Shown in pieces: positions 18,808-29,749 of a stretch of 64,000 nt of DNA. Made by a program: the position numbers and the translations under genes. The notes beneath the pieces were generated by a model, which worked only from the letters and a program-made list of their open reading frames with translations, was not told where the DNA came from and searched no databases. Location of the stretch: assembly GCA_002774875.1 (NCBI GenBank), contig PCYM01000005.1, positions 1,979 through 65,978 on the forward strand, read 5' to 3'. Numbering within the stretch: the first letter of the stretch is position 1; each line of letters opens with the position of its first letter. The DNA comes from Candidatus Uhrbacteria bacterium CG10_big_fil_rev_8_21_14_0_10_50_16. Its GTDB lineage: Bacteria > Patescibacteriota > Patescibacteriia > UBA9934 > UBA11717.

Positions 18808-19437
18808 ATGCAAATCGACATGTACAACACAAAAGGAGATGTTGTCGGTTCAGTAGATCTGAACGATAGTATCTTTGGTGTGGAAGTAAACGAGGCCCTC
18901 GTTCACGAGGCCGTCATGACGCAAAAGGCAAATGCCCGTGTTGTTTTGGCGCATGTAAAAGATCGAAGTGAAGTACGCGGTGGTGGTAAGAAGCCATGGC
19001 GTCAGAAGGGAACAGGACGTGCACGTCACGGATCCAGCCGCTCTCCTATCTGGATCGGTGGAGGTGTCACTTTTGGCCCAAACCGTCTTCGCAACTTTTC
19101 TCGCAAGATGAACCGAAAGGCTCGTCGCAAAGCTATGTTTATGACCTTGTCCGATAAGGTAGCGAACAAGGCATTCTTGGTGATTGATAGTTTGGAGATG
19201 GAAGGAAAGACCAAGGAAGTTGCTGCGTTGTTGAAGGCACTCCCACGACAGGGAAAACGCACATTGCTGGTAACCAAGCCGGAAAACGTGTCCGTTCGAC
19301 GAGCGGCACAGAACATGTTCTTTACGCAAGGTATCGCGCCAAATAGTTTGAACGTGGTGGATATTTTGAAGGCAGGAACGATCATTATCGGGAAGGAAGA
19401 GCTCGAGACCCTTACTCAACACTTTGTAAAGGCCTAA
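18808..19437 (+). CDS. rplD: 50S ribosomal protein L4
   Basis: L4 sequence. Confidence 0.95.
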   Translation: MQIDMYNTKGDVVGSVDLNDSIFGVEVNEALVHEAVMTQKANARVVLAHVKDRSEVRGGGKKPWRQKGTGRARHGSSRSPIWIGGGVTFGPNRLRNFSRKMNRKARRKAMFMTLSDKVANKAFLVIDSLEMEGKTKEVAALLKALPRQGKRTLLVTKPENVSVRRAAQNMFFTQGIAPNSLNVVDILKAGTIIIGKEELETLTQHFVKA

Positions 19438-19441
19438 GCGT

Positions 19442-19870
19442 ATGGCAATTCTCAAACGAACAAAAGACGTGAAAGTCGAGGAAGCAAAGAACGAGAAAGA
19501 GGTCGTTGCAACCGCTCCCGTAAAGAAAGCTGCAAAAGCTCCAAAGGCAACGGCAGACAAGAAGACTAAAAAAACACAGGAGTCAGGTGATGCGTACCGT
19601 GTGCTCGTACGACCACTTGTAACAGAAAAATCTGCGCGTTTGGCTTCCGAGGGTGTTTACACCTTCCAGGTTGCAAAGGGCGTTGATAAAATCTATGTAC
19701 GACAGGCCGTGAAGGCGCTTTACAACGTAGATCCTGTGCGAGTGAACATTTTGAATCAACGTGGAAAAGAGGTTCGCGTCGGAAGAGTGACGGGATCTCG
19801 CAACCACTGGCGCAAGGCCTATGTCTTTATGGGCAAGGGTCAGCACCTAGATGTCTACGAAGGCGTGTAA
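19442..19870 (+). CDS. rplW: 50S ribosomal protein L23 with a K/A-rich N-terminal extension
   Basis: L23 core YRVLVRPLVTEKS; ~45-aa lysine/alanine-rich leader. Confidence 0.9.
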   Translation: MAILKRTKDVKVEEAKNEKEVVATAPVKKAAKAPKATADKKTKKTQESGDAYRVLVRPLVTEKSARLASEGVYTFQVAKGVDKIYVRQAVKALYNVDPVRVNILNQRGKEVRVGRVTGSRNHWRKAYVFMGKGQHLDVYEGV

Positions 19871-19880
19871 TAAAGGGACT

Positions 19881-20717
19881 ATGCCAATCAAGCGATACAA
19901 CCCAACAACGCCGGGACGGCGTAAGTCAAGCGTCCAAACCTTTGACGATGTAACGGCCACAAGCCCGCTCAAGTCATTAACACGACCACGGAAGCAAAAT
20001 TCCGGACGTAGTGGTGGAAAAATCACTGTGCGTCATCGTGGAGGTGGAGCAAAACGCAAAATTCGCGTTATTGACTTCAAACGAGAGAAATTTGATATTC
20101 CAGGAACGGTTGCAACGATCGAGTACGATCCAAACCGCAATGCCCGCATCGCGCTGGTGCATTACGCAGACGGAGAAAAGCTCTATATCCTTGCCGGTCA
20201 TGGAATGCATGTAGGACAGGCGATCATTTCTTCCAAAAAGAAAGGACCCATGCAACCTGGAAACCGTTACCCATTGGAATTGATTCCTGAGGGAATGAAC
20301 GTCTACAACATCGAGTTGCAGCCAGGAAAAGGAGGACAGGTGGTGCGAGGAGCTGGAACGACTGCCATGTTTATGGGAGTCGATGGAGATAACGCACAGG
20401 TGCGTTTGCCATCTGGTGAGGTACGCCTCGTCTTGCGACGCAACATGGCCACGATTGGTCAGGTGTCCAACATCGACTATCGATTGATCCGATGGGGAAA
20501 AGCCGGACGTATGCGTCACCGAGGCTTTCGTCCAACGGTTCGTGGAAAAGCCATGAACCCAGTGGATCACCCACATGGAGGAGGAGAAGGTGCACAGGGT
20601 ATTGGTATGAAACATCCAAAAACGCCACAAGGAAAACCGGCATTGGGTGTCAAGACACGTCGCAAACAAGCTTCAGATAAGCTTATCTTGCAACGTCGTA
20701 ACTCAAAGAAACGTTAA
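19881..20717 (+). CDS. rplB: 50S ribosomal protein L2
   Basis: [14 protein letters not shown] start; L2 motifs. Confidence 0.95.
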   Translation: MPIKRYNPTTPGRRKSSVQTFDDVTATSPLKSLTRPRKQNSGRSGGKITVRHRGGGAKRKIRVIDFKREKFDIPGTVATIEYDPNRNARIALVHYADGEKLYILAGHGMHVGQAIISSKKKGPMQPGNRYPLELIPEGMNVYNIELQPGKGGQVVRGAGTTAMFMGVDGDNAQVRLPSGEVRLVLRRNMATIGQVSNIDYRLIRWGKAGRMRHRGFRPTVRGKAMNPVDHPHGGGEGAQGIGMKHPKTPQGKPALGVKTRRKQASDKLILQRRNSKKR

Positions 20718-20722
20718 TTGCT

Positions 20723-20989
20723 ATGTCTCGAAGTCTGAAAAAAGGACCTGCTATCGACGAGCGCCTTCTTGCGAAGGTTGGCAAGCTTAAGGTGGGAGAC
20801 AAAACGGCGGTTAAAACCTGGTCTCGTTGGGCGGTTATAACGCCGGCGATGGTAGGATTTACGTTCGGTGTACATAACGGCAAGCAACATGTTCCTGTGT
20901 CAGTTGTTGAGAACATGGTTGGTCACCGTTTGGGTGAATTTTCGCCAACGCGAAAGTTTGTTAAGCATGCTGGTAAGTCAGCTAAATAA
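20723..20989 (+). CDS. rpsS: 30S ribosomal protein S19
   Basis: MSRSLKKGP start. Confidence 0.95.
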   Translation: MSRSLKKGPAIDERLLAKVGKLKVGDKTAVKTWSRWAVITPAMVGFTFGVHNGKQHVPVSVVENMVGHRLGEFSPTRKFVKHAGKSAK

Positions 20990-20994
20990 AGCGT

Positions 20995-21453
20995 ATGGAA
21001 TCAGCAAAAGCAACCCTACGTTTTCTGAAGATTGCTCCACGTAAAGTACGTCTCGTTGCCGACATGGTACGTGGTGTAAGCGTGGATACCGCGATCGGAC
21101 AGTTGACGCATAGTTCAAAGGCAGCTGCACGACCCGTTCGTAAGCTCATTGAATCTGCAGCCGCAAACGCGGTTCATAATCAGAAGCTACAGCGTGATGC
21201 GTTGATGGTACAGACAATCACGGTAGATGATGGACCAACGGCAAAGCGATCGATGCCACGTGCGCATGGACGTGCAACGGTATTGCGAAAGCGTACAAGT
21301 CACGTGAATGTGATTCTCTCTGAGAAGACTACTTCTCCGGAGGAAGAAGTCACTGTTCCTGCTGCGAAGGCCAAGACCGCAAAGGCTCCTGCAAAGGGTG
21401 CGGCGGTTGTCAAAAAAGCTCCTGCCAAGAGCACGTCAAAAAAGGAAGCCTAA
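20995..21453 (+). CDS. rplV: 50S ribosomal protein L22 with a K/A-rich C-terminal tail
   Basis: L22 core plus AKAKTAKAPAKGAAVVKKAPAK tail. Confidence 0.9.
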   Translation: MESAKATLRFLKIAPRKVRLVADMVRGVSVDTAIGQLTHSSKAAARPVRKLIESAAANAVHNQKLQRDALMVQTITVDDGPTAKRSMPRAHGRATVLRKRTSHVNVILSEKTTSPEEEVTVPAAKAKTAKAPAKGAAVVKKAPAKSTSKKEA

Positions 21454-21465
21454 CGCATCGGAACT

Positions 21466-22215
21466 ATGGGACATAAAGTACATCCAAAAATTTTCCGCAT
21501 CTCGACCATCGAGTCGTGGGATTCGAAGTGGTTCTCCCCACGTAAGATGTTTCCAACCTTTTTAAAGGAAGACGTGTTTATTCGCGCCTACCTCAAAAAG
21601 AAGTTGCGTGAAGCGGCAATTCACAAGATCATCATTGATCGTTCACGCCAGACGTTTACGATCACACTTCACACAGCAAAACCAGGATTCATTATTGGTC
21701 GCGCTGGTGCGGGAGTGGAGGACCTCAAGAAGGAACTCAAGAAACGATTCTTCCGTGGAAGACGCGTAACGATCAATATCAATGTTCAAGATATTGGACA
21801 TGGTTCACTCTCGGCAGCAGTTGTTGCAGAGCAGGTCGCCATCGACATTGAACATCGTATGCCGTTCCGTCGTGTCATGAAGCAGACCGTGGATCGAGTT
21901 ATGAAGAGTGGAGCGGAAGGTGTGCGTGTGATTGTTGCGGGCCGATTAAACGGAGCAGACATTGCACGAAGTGAACGTGCGGGAGCAGGAAAAGTGCCTT
22001 TGCAGAATTTGCGAGGAAACATCCAGTATGCCAACACGCAAGCAAACACCATGTTCGGAGTGATCGGTATTAAAGTGTGGATCTATCTCGGCGAAGTCTT
22101 TGACAGTGTAGAAGAAGCGGAGAAACGTGCACGCAAGAGTGGTGATACTCGTGGTCGTGAGCGTGATCAACGCGGACCTCGTGATCGTCGACCAGCTCAT
22201 CAAACACGTCGATAG
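21466..22215 (+). CDS. rpsC: 30S ribosomal protein S3 with an R-rich C-terminal tail
   Basis: MGHKVHPKIFRI start; KH domain. Confidence 0.95.
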   Translation: MGHKVHPKIFRISTIESWDSKWFSPRKMFPTFLKEDVFIRAYLKKKLREAAIHKIIIDRSRQTFTITLHTAKPGFIIGRAGAGVEDLKKELKKRFFRGRRVTININVQDIGHGSLSAAVVAEQVAIDIEHRMPFRRVMKQTVDRVMKSGAEGVRVIVAGRLNGADIARSERAGAGKVPLQNLRGNIQYANTQANTMFGVIGIKVWIYLGEVFDSVEEAEKRARKSGDTRGRERDQRGPRDRRPAHQTRR

Positions 22216-22218
22216 CCT

Positions 22219-22635
22219 ATGTTGATGCCAAAACGAATGAAGCACCGAAAGTGGCATAAGGGACGCGCATCTGGGAAGCGACTTGCAACTCAGAAGACGC
22301 GATTAGCCTTCGGTGACTATGGAATGAAAGCCCTTACGGAATCCTGGGTAACATCACGACAGATCGAGGCAGCACGTCGTGCAATGACACGCTATGTGAA
22401 CCGTAAAGGACAAACGTGGATCCGCATTTTCCCAGATCACCCAATCACGTTCCATGGAAATGAGAACACGATGGGAAGTGGAAAGGGAGCGGTGGATCAC
22501 TACGTGGCTGTGGTTCGAGCGGGTACGATCATGTTCGAGATCGGCGGCGTTTCAGAAGAGGAAGCACGTGAGGCGTTTCGTCTCGCGGCGCACAAGATGC
22601 CGATGAAGGTTAAGTTCATCAGTAATGCACGGTAG
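22219..22635 (+). CDS. rplP: 50S ribosomal protein L16
   Basis: [16 protein letters not shown]. Confidence 0.95.
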   Translation: MLMPKRMKHRKWHKGRASGKRLATQKTRLAFGDYGMKALTESWVTSRQIEAARRAMTRYVNRKGQTWIRIFPDHPITFHGNENTMGSGKGAVDHYVAVVRAGTIMFEIGGVSEEEAREAFRLAAHKMPMKVKFISNAR

Positions 22636-22638
22636 GAT

Positions 22639-22836
22639 ATGGAATACAAAGACCTAGCCAAAAAATCCGTGACAGATTTGCAGACACTCCTTGCGGAGAA
22701 GCGTGAATCCCTTCGGGAATTACGATTCCGTGTGGCAGCAAACCAGTTGAAACAGGTTCATTTGATCCGCGCCGTTCGTACAGAGATCGCGCAGATTATG
22801 ACCCGTGTGCGAGAGATCAAGAATAAGGAGGTTTAA
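22639..22836 (+). CDS. rpmC: 50S ribosomal protein L29
   Basis: 65-aa helical protein in the canonical position. Confidence 0.9.
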   Translation: MEYKDLAKKSVTDLQTLLAEKRESLRELRFRVAANQLKQVHLIRAVRTEIAQIMTRVREIKNKEV

Positions 22837-22845
22837 GACACGTGT

Positions 22846-23124
22846 ATGACGAATAAAACAACCAATCGAATCATCCGTCGCCGTTTTACCGGTACGGTCG
22901 TATCAGATCGTATGGACAAGACGGTTGTGGTTCGTGTTGACTCGCCAAAAATGCACCCAAAGTACAAAAAGCGTTATACAACGTCCAAGAAGTACAAGGT
23001 GCACGATGAGGAGAATCAATGTGCTGTTGGTGATACGGTGTCGTTTGTTGAGTGTCGACCGCTTTCAAAGGATAAGCGTTGGCGCATTGTGCGATCGGCT
23101 GATTCTGCAGCTGTAACCGAATAG
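22846..23124 (+). CDS. rpsQ: 30S ribosomal protein S17
   Basis: S17 sequence. Confidence 0.95.
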   Translation: MTNKTTNRIIRRRFTGTVVSDRMDKTVVVRVDSPKMHPKYKKRYTTSKKYKVHDEENQCAVGDTVSFVECRPLSKDKRWRIVRSADSAAVTE

Positions 23125-23128
23125 TCGT

Positions 23129-23500
23129 ATGGTTCAGCATCGATCCATGATCAAAGTGGCAGACAATAGCGGGGCAAAGAAGCTTCAGGTGATCCGCGTT
23201 CTTGGAGGATATAAAAAGCGTTACAGCTTCATTGGAGACGTGATGACCTGTGTGGTAAAGGAGGCAGCTCCTCATGCCGCTGTTAAAAAGTCTGACATTG
23301 TTCACGCGGTACTTGTACGGTCTCGTAAGGAAACACGTCGTTCCAATGGAACGTACATCCGTTTCGACGAGAATGCCGCCGTGATCATTAATAAAGAAAA
23401 CGGAGAGCCAAAAGGAACGCGTATCTTTGGACCTGTTGCTCGCGAATTGCGATCAGCCGGATTCACTAAGATCATTTCCTTGGCCCCCGAAGTCCTCTAG
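23129..23500 (+). CDS. rplN: 50S ribosomal protein L14
   Basis: [12 protein letters not shown]. Confidence 0.95.
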   Translation: MVQHRSMIKVADNSGAKKLQVIRVLGGYKKRYSFIGDVMTCVVKEAAPHAAVKKSDIVHAVLVRSRKETRRSNGTYIRFDENAAVIINKENGEPKGTRIFGPVARELRSAGFTKIISLAPEVL

Positions 23501-23504
23501 GCCT

Positions 23505-23822
23505 ATGAAGATCAAGACAGGTGATACCGTCCAGATCCTTGCTGGAAAGGACAAGGGGAAGACGGGTAAAGTGATGCAGGTATTTCCTCCGATCAAGAAG
23601 GTTGTTATCGAGGGATTGAATCTTGCAACAAAGCATTTAAAAGGAAACGGACAACAACCGGGTAAAAAGATCCAGTTTCCTGCACCGATGAACATCTCAA
23701 ATGTCGCCCTTGTGGGGAAGGATGGGAAGTCTGGACGTGTAGGATACGAAATCGCAGAACAGGATGGAAAAAAGACCCGTGTACGAATCCTTCGTAAAGC
23801 AGGTAAGCAGCAAAGCGTCTAG
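23505..23822 (+). CDS. rplX: 50S ribosomal protein L24
   Basis: MKIKTGDTVQILAGKDKGKTGKV KOW motif. Confidence 0.95.
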   Translation: MKIKTGDTVQILAGKDKGKTGKVMQVFPPIKKVVIEGLNLATKHLKGNGQQPGKKIQFPAPMNISNVALVGKDGKSGRVGYEIAEQDGKKTRVRILRKAGKQQSV

Positions 23823-23825
23823 TGT

Positions 23826-24365
23826 ATGGCACAACTCAAAGAATACTATAAAAAAGAGATTGTGCCCGCTCTTCAAAAGGAACTTGGTATCATGAATGTG
23901 AACGCGCTTCCCAAGATTGAGAAGGTAACACTCAACGTCGGACTGGGACGTGGTTTAAAAGATAAAGCGTACATGGATACGGTGACCTCAACACTCACAC
24001 GTATTACAGGTCAAAAGCCTGTGTTTACCAAGGCACGCAAATCAATTGCAACGTTCAAAATCCGTGAAGGAATGAATATCGGTATGAAGGTGACCCTTCG
24101 GGGACCACGCATGTACGATTTCATCGAAAAACTTGTAGCAGTGACGTTTCCTCGTGTGCGAGACTTCCGTGGTATCGAATTAACGGCGGTGGATCAGGCA
24201 GGAAACTTCAACTATGGCTTCCGAGAGCACGTTGCGTTCCCAGAAGTTCCATCAGACGAAGTCGATCGTTTGCATGGTCTACAGGTCACGATCACGACAT
24301 CCTCCAAGACACGAGAGAACGGGCTTGCCCTTTTCCGTGCGCTCGGGTTCCCCTTTAAGAAGTAA
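23826..24365 (+). CDS. rplE: 50S ribosomal protein L5
   Basis: L5 sequence. Confidence 0.95.
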   Translation: MAQLKEYYKKEIVPALQKELGIMNVNALPKIEKVTLNVGLGRGLKDKAYMDTVTSTLTRITGQKPVFTKARKSIATFKIREGMNIGMKVTLRGPRMYDFIEKLVAVTFPRVRDFRGIELTAVDQAGNFNYGFREHVAFPEVPSDEVDRLHGLQVTITTSSKTRENGLALFRALGFPFKK

Positions 24366-24374
24366 CATGACGTT

Positions 24375-24560
24375 ATGGCGAAAAAATCAATGATTGCCAG
24401 GGCGAATCGCAAACCTCGGTTTGCTTCGCGCGTCATTCGACGTTGCTGGAAGTGTGGACGATTGCGAGGATATATGCGTGACTTCGGCACATGCCGAATC
24501 TGTTTCCGTGAGTTAGCAAACCGCGGAGAAATTCCAGGAATCATGAAATCGAGTTGGTAG
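24375..24560 (+). CDS. rpsZ: 30S ribosomal protein S14 type Z (zinc-binding)
   Basis: 61 aa with [21 protein letters not shown]4 zinc motif. Confidence 0.95.
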   Translation: MAKKSMIARANRKPRFASRVIRRCWKCGRLRGYMRDFGTCRICFRELANRGEIPGIMKSSW

Positions 24561-24563
24561 ACT

Positions 24564-24965
24564 ATGCCAATGACAGACCCAATCTCAGACATGTTGACCC
24601 GTGTCCGTAACGGACAGATGGCTCGACACAAACAGGTACGTGCTCCGTACTCTCAGTTGAAATTTGCGATTGCAAAAATCATGGAGAAAGAAGGATACGT
24701 ACAAAAGGTCGAAGTGGTAGAGGCGATAAACCCACTCTTTCAGGACCTGATGCTGACACTCAAATACAATGAGAATCAGCCACAAATTCGTGAGATGAAA
24801 CGTATCTCAAAACCAGGACGCCGTGTGTATGCAAAGGCAACGGAGCTTCCACGCGTGTTCTCTGATATCGGTATTGCCATCATTTCTACACCAAACGGTG
24901 TGATGACAAACAAGGACGCACGGAAGCGACGGTTGGGCGGAGAAGTCTTATGCGAAATCTTCTAA
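24564..24965 (+). CDS. rpsH: 30S ribosomal protein S8
   Basis: DPISDMLTRVRNG. Confidence 0.95.
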   Translation: MPMTDPISDMLTRVRNGQMARHKQVRAPYSQLKFAIAKIMEKEGYVQKVEVVEAINPLFQDLMLTLKYNENQPQIREMKRISKPGRRVYAKATELPRVFSDIGIAIISTPNGVMTNKDARKRRLGGEVLCEIF

Positions 24966-24969
24966 GCCT

Positions 24970-25521
24970 ATGTCACGTATCGGAAAACAACCCATTCTCT
25001 TACCATCGGGCGTTGAGGCAACGGTAAACGGAATGAATGTCACAATTAAAGGAGGCAAAGGACAGTTACAAACATCCGTACACGCAAATGCGACAGTAGA
25101 ATTGCGAAGCGGCGAGGAAGGAAACGAACTCGTTGTGACCATGGCGGATTTGGACAGTAAATTGAATCGTTCTTTGTGGGGAACAACTCGTAGCAACCTA
25201 CAGAATATGGTAACCGGTGTGCAGACACCTTACCAAAAGAAATTAGAGGTGAACGGTGTTGGTTACAAGGTTGCTGTGAATGGTCAGACTATTCGCCTCG
25301 ACGTCGGATTCTCTCACCCCGTTGAATACAAGTTGCCGGAAGGTATCTCCGCAGAAGTGGAAAAGAACCTCATTACATTGACCGGAATCGATAAGCAGAT
25401 TGTTGGTCAGGTAGCGGCAGAGATTCGGAAAGTGCGAAAGCCAGAACCATATAAAGGTAAAGGCATTAAGTATCTAGACGAAATTGTTCGTCGTAAGGCT
25501 GGAAAGGCCGCGAAAGCCTAG
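24970..25521 (+). CDS. rplF: 50S ribosomal protein L6
   Basis: MSRIGKQPI. Confidence 0.95.
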   Translation: MSRIGKQPILLPSGVEATVNGMNVTIKGGKGQLQTSVHANATVELRSGEEGNELVVTMADLDSKLNRSLWGTTRSNLQNMVTGVQTPYQKKLEVNGVGYKVAVNGQTIRLDVGFSHPVEYKLPEGISAEVEKNLITLTGIDKQIVGQVAAEIRKVRKPEPYKGKGIKYLDEIVRRKAGKAAKA

Positions 25522-25524
25522 CGT

Positions 25525-25875
25525 ATGTTGAAAAAGCATGCACAAAAATTACGACGCGCGTATCGAACACGAGCGCGTATGCACGGAACGGAGGCTCGAC
25601 CACGATTATCTGTATTTCGTTCAGCAAAGCACTTTGGTGCACAGTTGATCAACGATGATCTTGGAAAGACAATCGTTTCTGTGAACGATCAACAGTTTAA
25701 AGAAGCTGCAGGTAAGAATCCAACGGAACTTGCTGCGCACCTGGGAACCGCTCTCGCAGAAAAAGCGAAGGCAGCAGGTGTGGATACGATCGTATTTGAC
25801 CGAGGGGCATTTGCCTATCATGGTCGCGTTAAAGCGTTTGCGGAAGCCGCACGCGTAGCAGGACTAACCTTCTAG
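25525..25875 (+). CDS. rplR: 50S ribosomal protein L18
   Basis: RLSVFRSAKH. Confidence 0.95.
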   Translation: MLKKHAQKLRRAYRTRARMHGTEARPRLSVFRSAKHFGAQLINDDLGKTIVSVNDQQFKEAAGKNPTELAAHLGTALAEKAKAAGVDTIVFDRGAFAYHGRVKAFAEAARVAGLTF

Positions 25876-25876
25876 T

Positions 25877-26608
25877 ATGGCCGAAGAGAAAAAGACAACT
25901 CAACCAGAAGTAGCAGCAGAGCCTGTTGTTGCTCCTGTGGCCGCTGTAGAAAAAACGCCTGTAAAGACGGATGCTTCGGCTCGTCGTCGTCCGCCGCAAG
26001 GTGGTCGAGGAGCCGGAGGAGATCGTCGTCCTCGTCGTCAGCAAGAACGCGAACCACGTGAGTGGGAACAGCGTATTTTGGATCTTGCACGTGTGACGCG
26101 TGTAACAAAAGGTGGAAAACGAATGCGTTTTCGTGCCGCTCTTGTGATTGGTGATAAAAAAGGACGCGTTGGGTTTGGTGTCGCAAAGGGACCAGATGTG
26201 CAGGTTGCGATTCAGAAAGCGTTTCACCAAGCAAAACGTAATGTGATTACCCTTCCATTAGTTCATGGAAGCTTTCCACATCGCGTTGAAGGAAAATTTG
26301 CCGCTGCAGAAATTATCTTGGCACCTGCTCCAAAGGGAACGGGACTCAAGTCCGGAGGTGCCCCACGTCTTATCATGGAGTTGGGCGGTGTGTCTGACTG
26401 CGTGACAAAGATTTTGCGTGGAAGCAACCCAGCAAACCTTGCCAAGGCAACGTTTGATGCGATTCAACACATGATTATCCCAGAAGGCGTCAAAACGGAT
26501 ACGGATCAAGCAGCCGCAGAACGGAAGGCAAAGCGTGAGGATTCTGCAAAGAAGGTTGTGAAAGTTGAAAAGAAAGCTCCAAGAAAAGTTGCTCCAAAGG
26601 CAGCATAA
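25877..26608 (+). CDS. rpsE: 30S ribosomal protein S5 with an R/P-rich N-terminal extension
   Basis: S5 core RVTKGGKRMRFRALVVIGD; ~70-aa extension. Confidence 0.95.
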   Translation: MAEEKKTTQPEVAAEPVVAPVAAVEKTPVKTDASARRRPPQGGRGAGGDRRPRRQQEREPREWEQRILDLARVTRVTKGGKRMRFRAALVIGDKKGRVGFGVAKGPDVQVAIQKAFHQAKRNVITLPLVHGSFPHRVEGKFAAAEIILAPAPKGTGLKSGGAPRLIMELGGVSDCVTKILRGSNPANLAKATFDAIQHMIIPEGVKTDTDQAAAERKAKREDSAKKVVKVEKKAPRKVAPKAA

Positions 26609-26617
26609 CGCGAGTAT

Positions 26618-27049
26618 ATGGCATTGACACTTCACACAATTAAACCCTCAAAAGGGTCTCAAACAACCACAAAGCGTCTCGGACGTGGTATTGGATCTGC
26701 ACGAGGTAAGACATCCGGTCGTGGAATGAAAGGACAGGGTTCACGTTCTGGAAATAGCGGATCTTCTATCAATGGGCTTCGTCAGATGTTGCTCCGTGTT
26801 CCAAAAACACGTGGATTTAAGAGTCACAAGATTCAACCAGCCGCTCTTAACCTCAGTGCTCTTTCCAAGATGACGGAGACACTCATTACACCTAAGACAT
26901 TGAAAAATGCCGGATTGATCACAGACGTAAAAGTCGGTGTAAAATTAATGGGTGATGGGGAGGCAAAACCTTCCATGCTCGTACGCGGATGTTTGGTCAC
27001 GAAGGGAGCGCGAACGAAGATTGAGGCGGCAGGCGGAAAGATCGAATAA
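26618..27049 (+). CDS. rplO: 50S ribosomal protein L15; follows S5 directly, so no L30 gene
   Basis: L15 sequence; only a 9-bp gap after rpsE, so rpmD is absent. Confidence 0.95.
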   Translation: MALTLHTIKPSKGSQTTTKRLGRGIGSARGKTSGRGMKGQGSRSGNSGSSINGLRQMLLRVPKTRGFKSHKIQPAALNLSALSKMTETLITPKTLKNAGLITDVKVGVKLMGDGEAKPSMLVRGCLVTKGARTKIEAAGGKIE

Positions 27050-27064
27050 CCCTGTATTGCTTGT

Positions 27065-28354
27065 ATGTTTGAGAAACTCAAAAAAATCTGGGCATTAAAA
27101 CCACTTCGTAACAGTATTGGGTATGTAGTACTCATGCTTACACTGTTTCGATTGCTCGCCCATGTACCAGTTCCGGGAATTGATGCAGCAGCTCTACAGA
27201 GTTTGTTGTCTGGCAGCCAATTTCTTGGTCTGTTGAATATCTTTTCTGGTGGTACGTTGGAAAGTTTCTCTGTTGTGGCGTTGGGTGTTGCACCATTTAT
27301 TACGAGCTCGATTATCTTTCAGCTTCTCGTGATGGTGATTCCGGCATTGCAGCGATGGCAGAAAGACGGCGGAGAGGCGGGGCGACAAAAGTTGAATCAG
27401 ATCACCCGTTGGGTCTCTGTTCCACTTGCGGCGCTCCAAGCGTATGGTTTTATCGCGTTGATCTCACAGGGTGGAGGCCAAGCAGGAACATCTTTTGCAT
27501 TGATTCTTACAGGATTTAGCTTGTTTATGGCCATTTTGGTCATGACGGCGGGTTCTGTCTTCTTGATGTGGATTGGAGAATTGATGACAGAACGTGGAAT
27601 TGGTAACGGACTTTCTATCTTGATTCTCTCTGGAATTGTTGCGGGATTTCCACGATTTATCCAACAATCGATTGCGACGTTTGATCAAAGTCGTATTGTG
27701 AGTTTGGTCGTGTTTTTAGTGATGGCAATTGCAACCGTTGTTGTTGTGACCATTATTAATGAAGCCGTGCGCAATATTCCAGTGAACTATGCACGTCATC
27801 ATGAGGCGGGACGTTTGTCTCGCGGTGTTGCAACGCAATTGCCGCTACGCGTGTCGATGGCGGGTGTGATTCCAATTATCTTCGCAATTTCTGTCGTTTT
27901 GTTCCCAACGATGATTGCGCAGTTCTTTGTGGGCGCACGGTCGGTCTTTTTGGCAGATGCTGCACGGTGGGTGATTGAAACACTTGCCAACCAGTGGATC
28001 TACGGAATTCTCTATTTTGTGTTGGTCTTTGCGTTTACGTATTTCTATACGGGCGTTATTTTCCGACCTAACGAAATGGCAGAGAATCTCCAAAAACAGG
28101 GAGCGTTTATTCCCGGTGTACGACCAGGTGAGCCAACGGAGCGTTATCTTGCGCAGACCATGAATAAGATCCTGTTGCTCGGCGCAACGTTTCTTGCAGG
28201 TATTGCGGTATTGCCAGTGGCGATGCAACCTCTTACGGGCTCTCAGAGCCTCGTGGTGGGTGGTACGTCCTTGTTGATCATTGTTGCCGTAATCATCGAC
28301 GTGATTAAGCAAACAGAGGCACAGATCGTGAGTTACGAGTACGAACAGTTGTAG
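27065..28354 (+). CDS. secY: Preprotein translocase SecY
   Basis: 10-TM SecY sequence, 429 aa. Confidence 0.95.
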   Translation: MFEKLKKIWALKPLRNSIGYVVLMLTLFRLLAHVPVPGIDAAALQSLLSGSQFLGLLNIFSGGTLESFSVVALGVAPFITSSIIFQLLVMVIPALQRWQKDGGEAGRQKLNQITRWVSVPLAALQAYGFIALISQGGGQAGTSFALILTGFSLFMAILVMTAGSVFLMWIGELMTERGIGNGLSILILSGIVAGFPRFIQQSIATFDQSRIVSLVVFLVMAIATVVVVTIINEAVRNIPVNYARHHEAGRLSRGVATQLPLRVSMAGVIPIIFAISVVLFPTMIAQFFVGARSVFLADAARWVIETLANQWIYGILYFVLVFAFTYFYTGVIFRPNEMAENLQKQGAFIPGVRPGEPTERYLAQTMNKILLLGATFLAGIAVLPVAMQPLTGSQSLVVGGTSLLIIVAVIIDVIKQTEAQIVSYEYEQL

Positions 28355-28363
28355 AAAGAATAA

Positions 28364-28392
28364 GAGCCCCGAAAGGGGTTCTTTTGTTTTTA
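28364..28392 (+). terminator. Intrinsic terminator after secY
   Basis: gagcccc gaaa ggggttc hairpin followed by ttttgttttt. Confidence 0.65.
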
Positions 28393-28597
28393 CTGGGTTC
28401 ATTATGCTCTGGTTGTTGTCATCGCTAATTATAAGTTAGTAACAGATTTGTCGTAGGTACGACAAAAGTGATACTCGGGAAGCGTGCAAACGCACGGAAG
28501 AATCGGCCTATTAGTAAATGAAATTAGACGAACATTGGCCAAGATGTGTTTTTGAAGCTGCAGGGAGGTACGACAGATATGTTATGATTGCTCAACT

Positions 28598-29749
28598 ATG
28601 ACCTTTGCAGCCTTTCTTCGATCGTTACGCAATAGTCGTTCAATACGTGATGCGCATCTCTTGCGAGTGGAAGTGTCTCGTTTGGCATTAGCTCACAATG
28701 CTCGAACGCTTAAGCAATTGATTGGCGGTCGATCATTGGCAGTTGTCCTTAAGTCAAATGCTTATGGACACGGCTTGCGTGAGGTGGGGAAAATCGCAGA
28801 TGAACTCGATTCAATCGACTGTCTTGTAGTCGACTCAATTGTAGAGGCACGGATGTTGCGAGGAATTGGTGTGCGTAAGCCAATACTTATTATTGGGTAT
28901 GTTCCAAAGTCGCGTTTGCAAGAGTTAACACGGTTGCGATCTGTGACGCTTGTGGTGACATCGCTGGATCAGGTACGCGATGTTGTGCGTCTTGTACATC
29001 GACCATTGTCGGTTCATATTAAAGTCGACACAGGAATGCATCGGCAGGGGATTGCTCCCGATCAGCTCCTGGAAACCATCGCGGTTCTCCGTACAAACAA
29101 GTCTCTCCATCTTACGGGGCTTGCAACACATTTTGCAGATGCAGATGGAGCGGATGAGACCATGACAATGGATCAAATTCGTGTGTGGAATGGGGTCGTT
29201 GAGATATATCGCAAACATGTTGGCGAGGGAGAGTTTCATGTTTCTGCAACAGCTGGAACGCAGTTCGTGGAGGAGACAACAGCGAGTCTTGTTCGATTAG
29301 GGATTGGATTTTATGGCTTGGATTCGGTGCGGGATCGATCACTTGATCTGAAACCGGCACTTTCTGTTTGGGCAAAGATTACGAGTGTAAAACATGTATA
29401 TGTGGGTGATTCGGTTGGATATAATGCCACCTACACAGCAACGTCTGAGAGAACGATTGCATTGATTCCGTGTGGATACAACGAAGGTGTGGATCGTGCG
29501 TTGTCCAATAGGGGAACGGTGTTTTTTGGCTCAGCCGCTTGTCCGATTGTGGGTCGGGTGAGTATGAATATGACATCCATTGATGTGACAGATGTTTCGG
29601 GTGGTGTGCAATTAGAGGATGAGGTGGAGGTAATATCGGAAGATCGCGGAAAGGCGAATTCAGTGGAAGCGATCGCTGCCCTTTGTGATACGATTCCCTA
29701 TGAGGTTCTTGTTCGTATTTCCCCAAGTCTTAAACGTTGGATTGTATGA
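28598..29749 (+). CDS. alr: Alanine racemase
   Basis: PLP-lysine motif AVVKSNAYGHG; 383 aa; unusually located between secY and adk. Confidence 0.85.
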   Translation: MTFAAFLRSLRNSRSIRDAHLLRVEVSRLALAHNARTLKQLIGGRSLAVVLKSNAYGHGLREVGKIADELDSIDCLVVDSIVEARMLRGIGVRKPILIIGYVPKSRLQELTRLRSVTLVVTSLDQVRDVVRLVHRPLSVHIKVDTGMHRQGIAPDQLLETIAVLRTNKSLHLTGLATHFADADGADETMTMDQIRVWNGVVEIYRKHVGEGEFHVSATAGTQFVEETTASLVRLGIGFYGLDSVRDRSLDLKPALSVWAKITSVKHVYVGDSVGYNATYTATSERTIALIPCGYNEGVDRALSNRGTVFFGSAACPIVGRVSMNMTSIDVTDVSGGVQLEDEVEVISEDRGKANSVEAIAALCDTIPYEVLVRISPSLKRWIV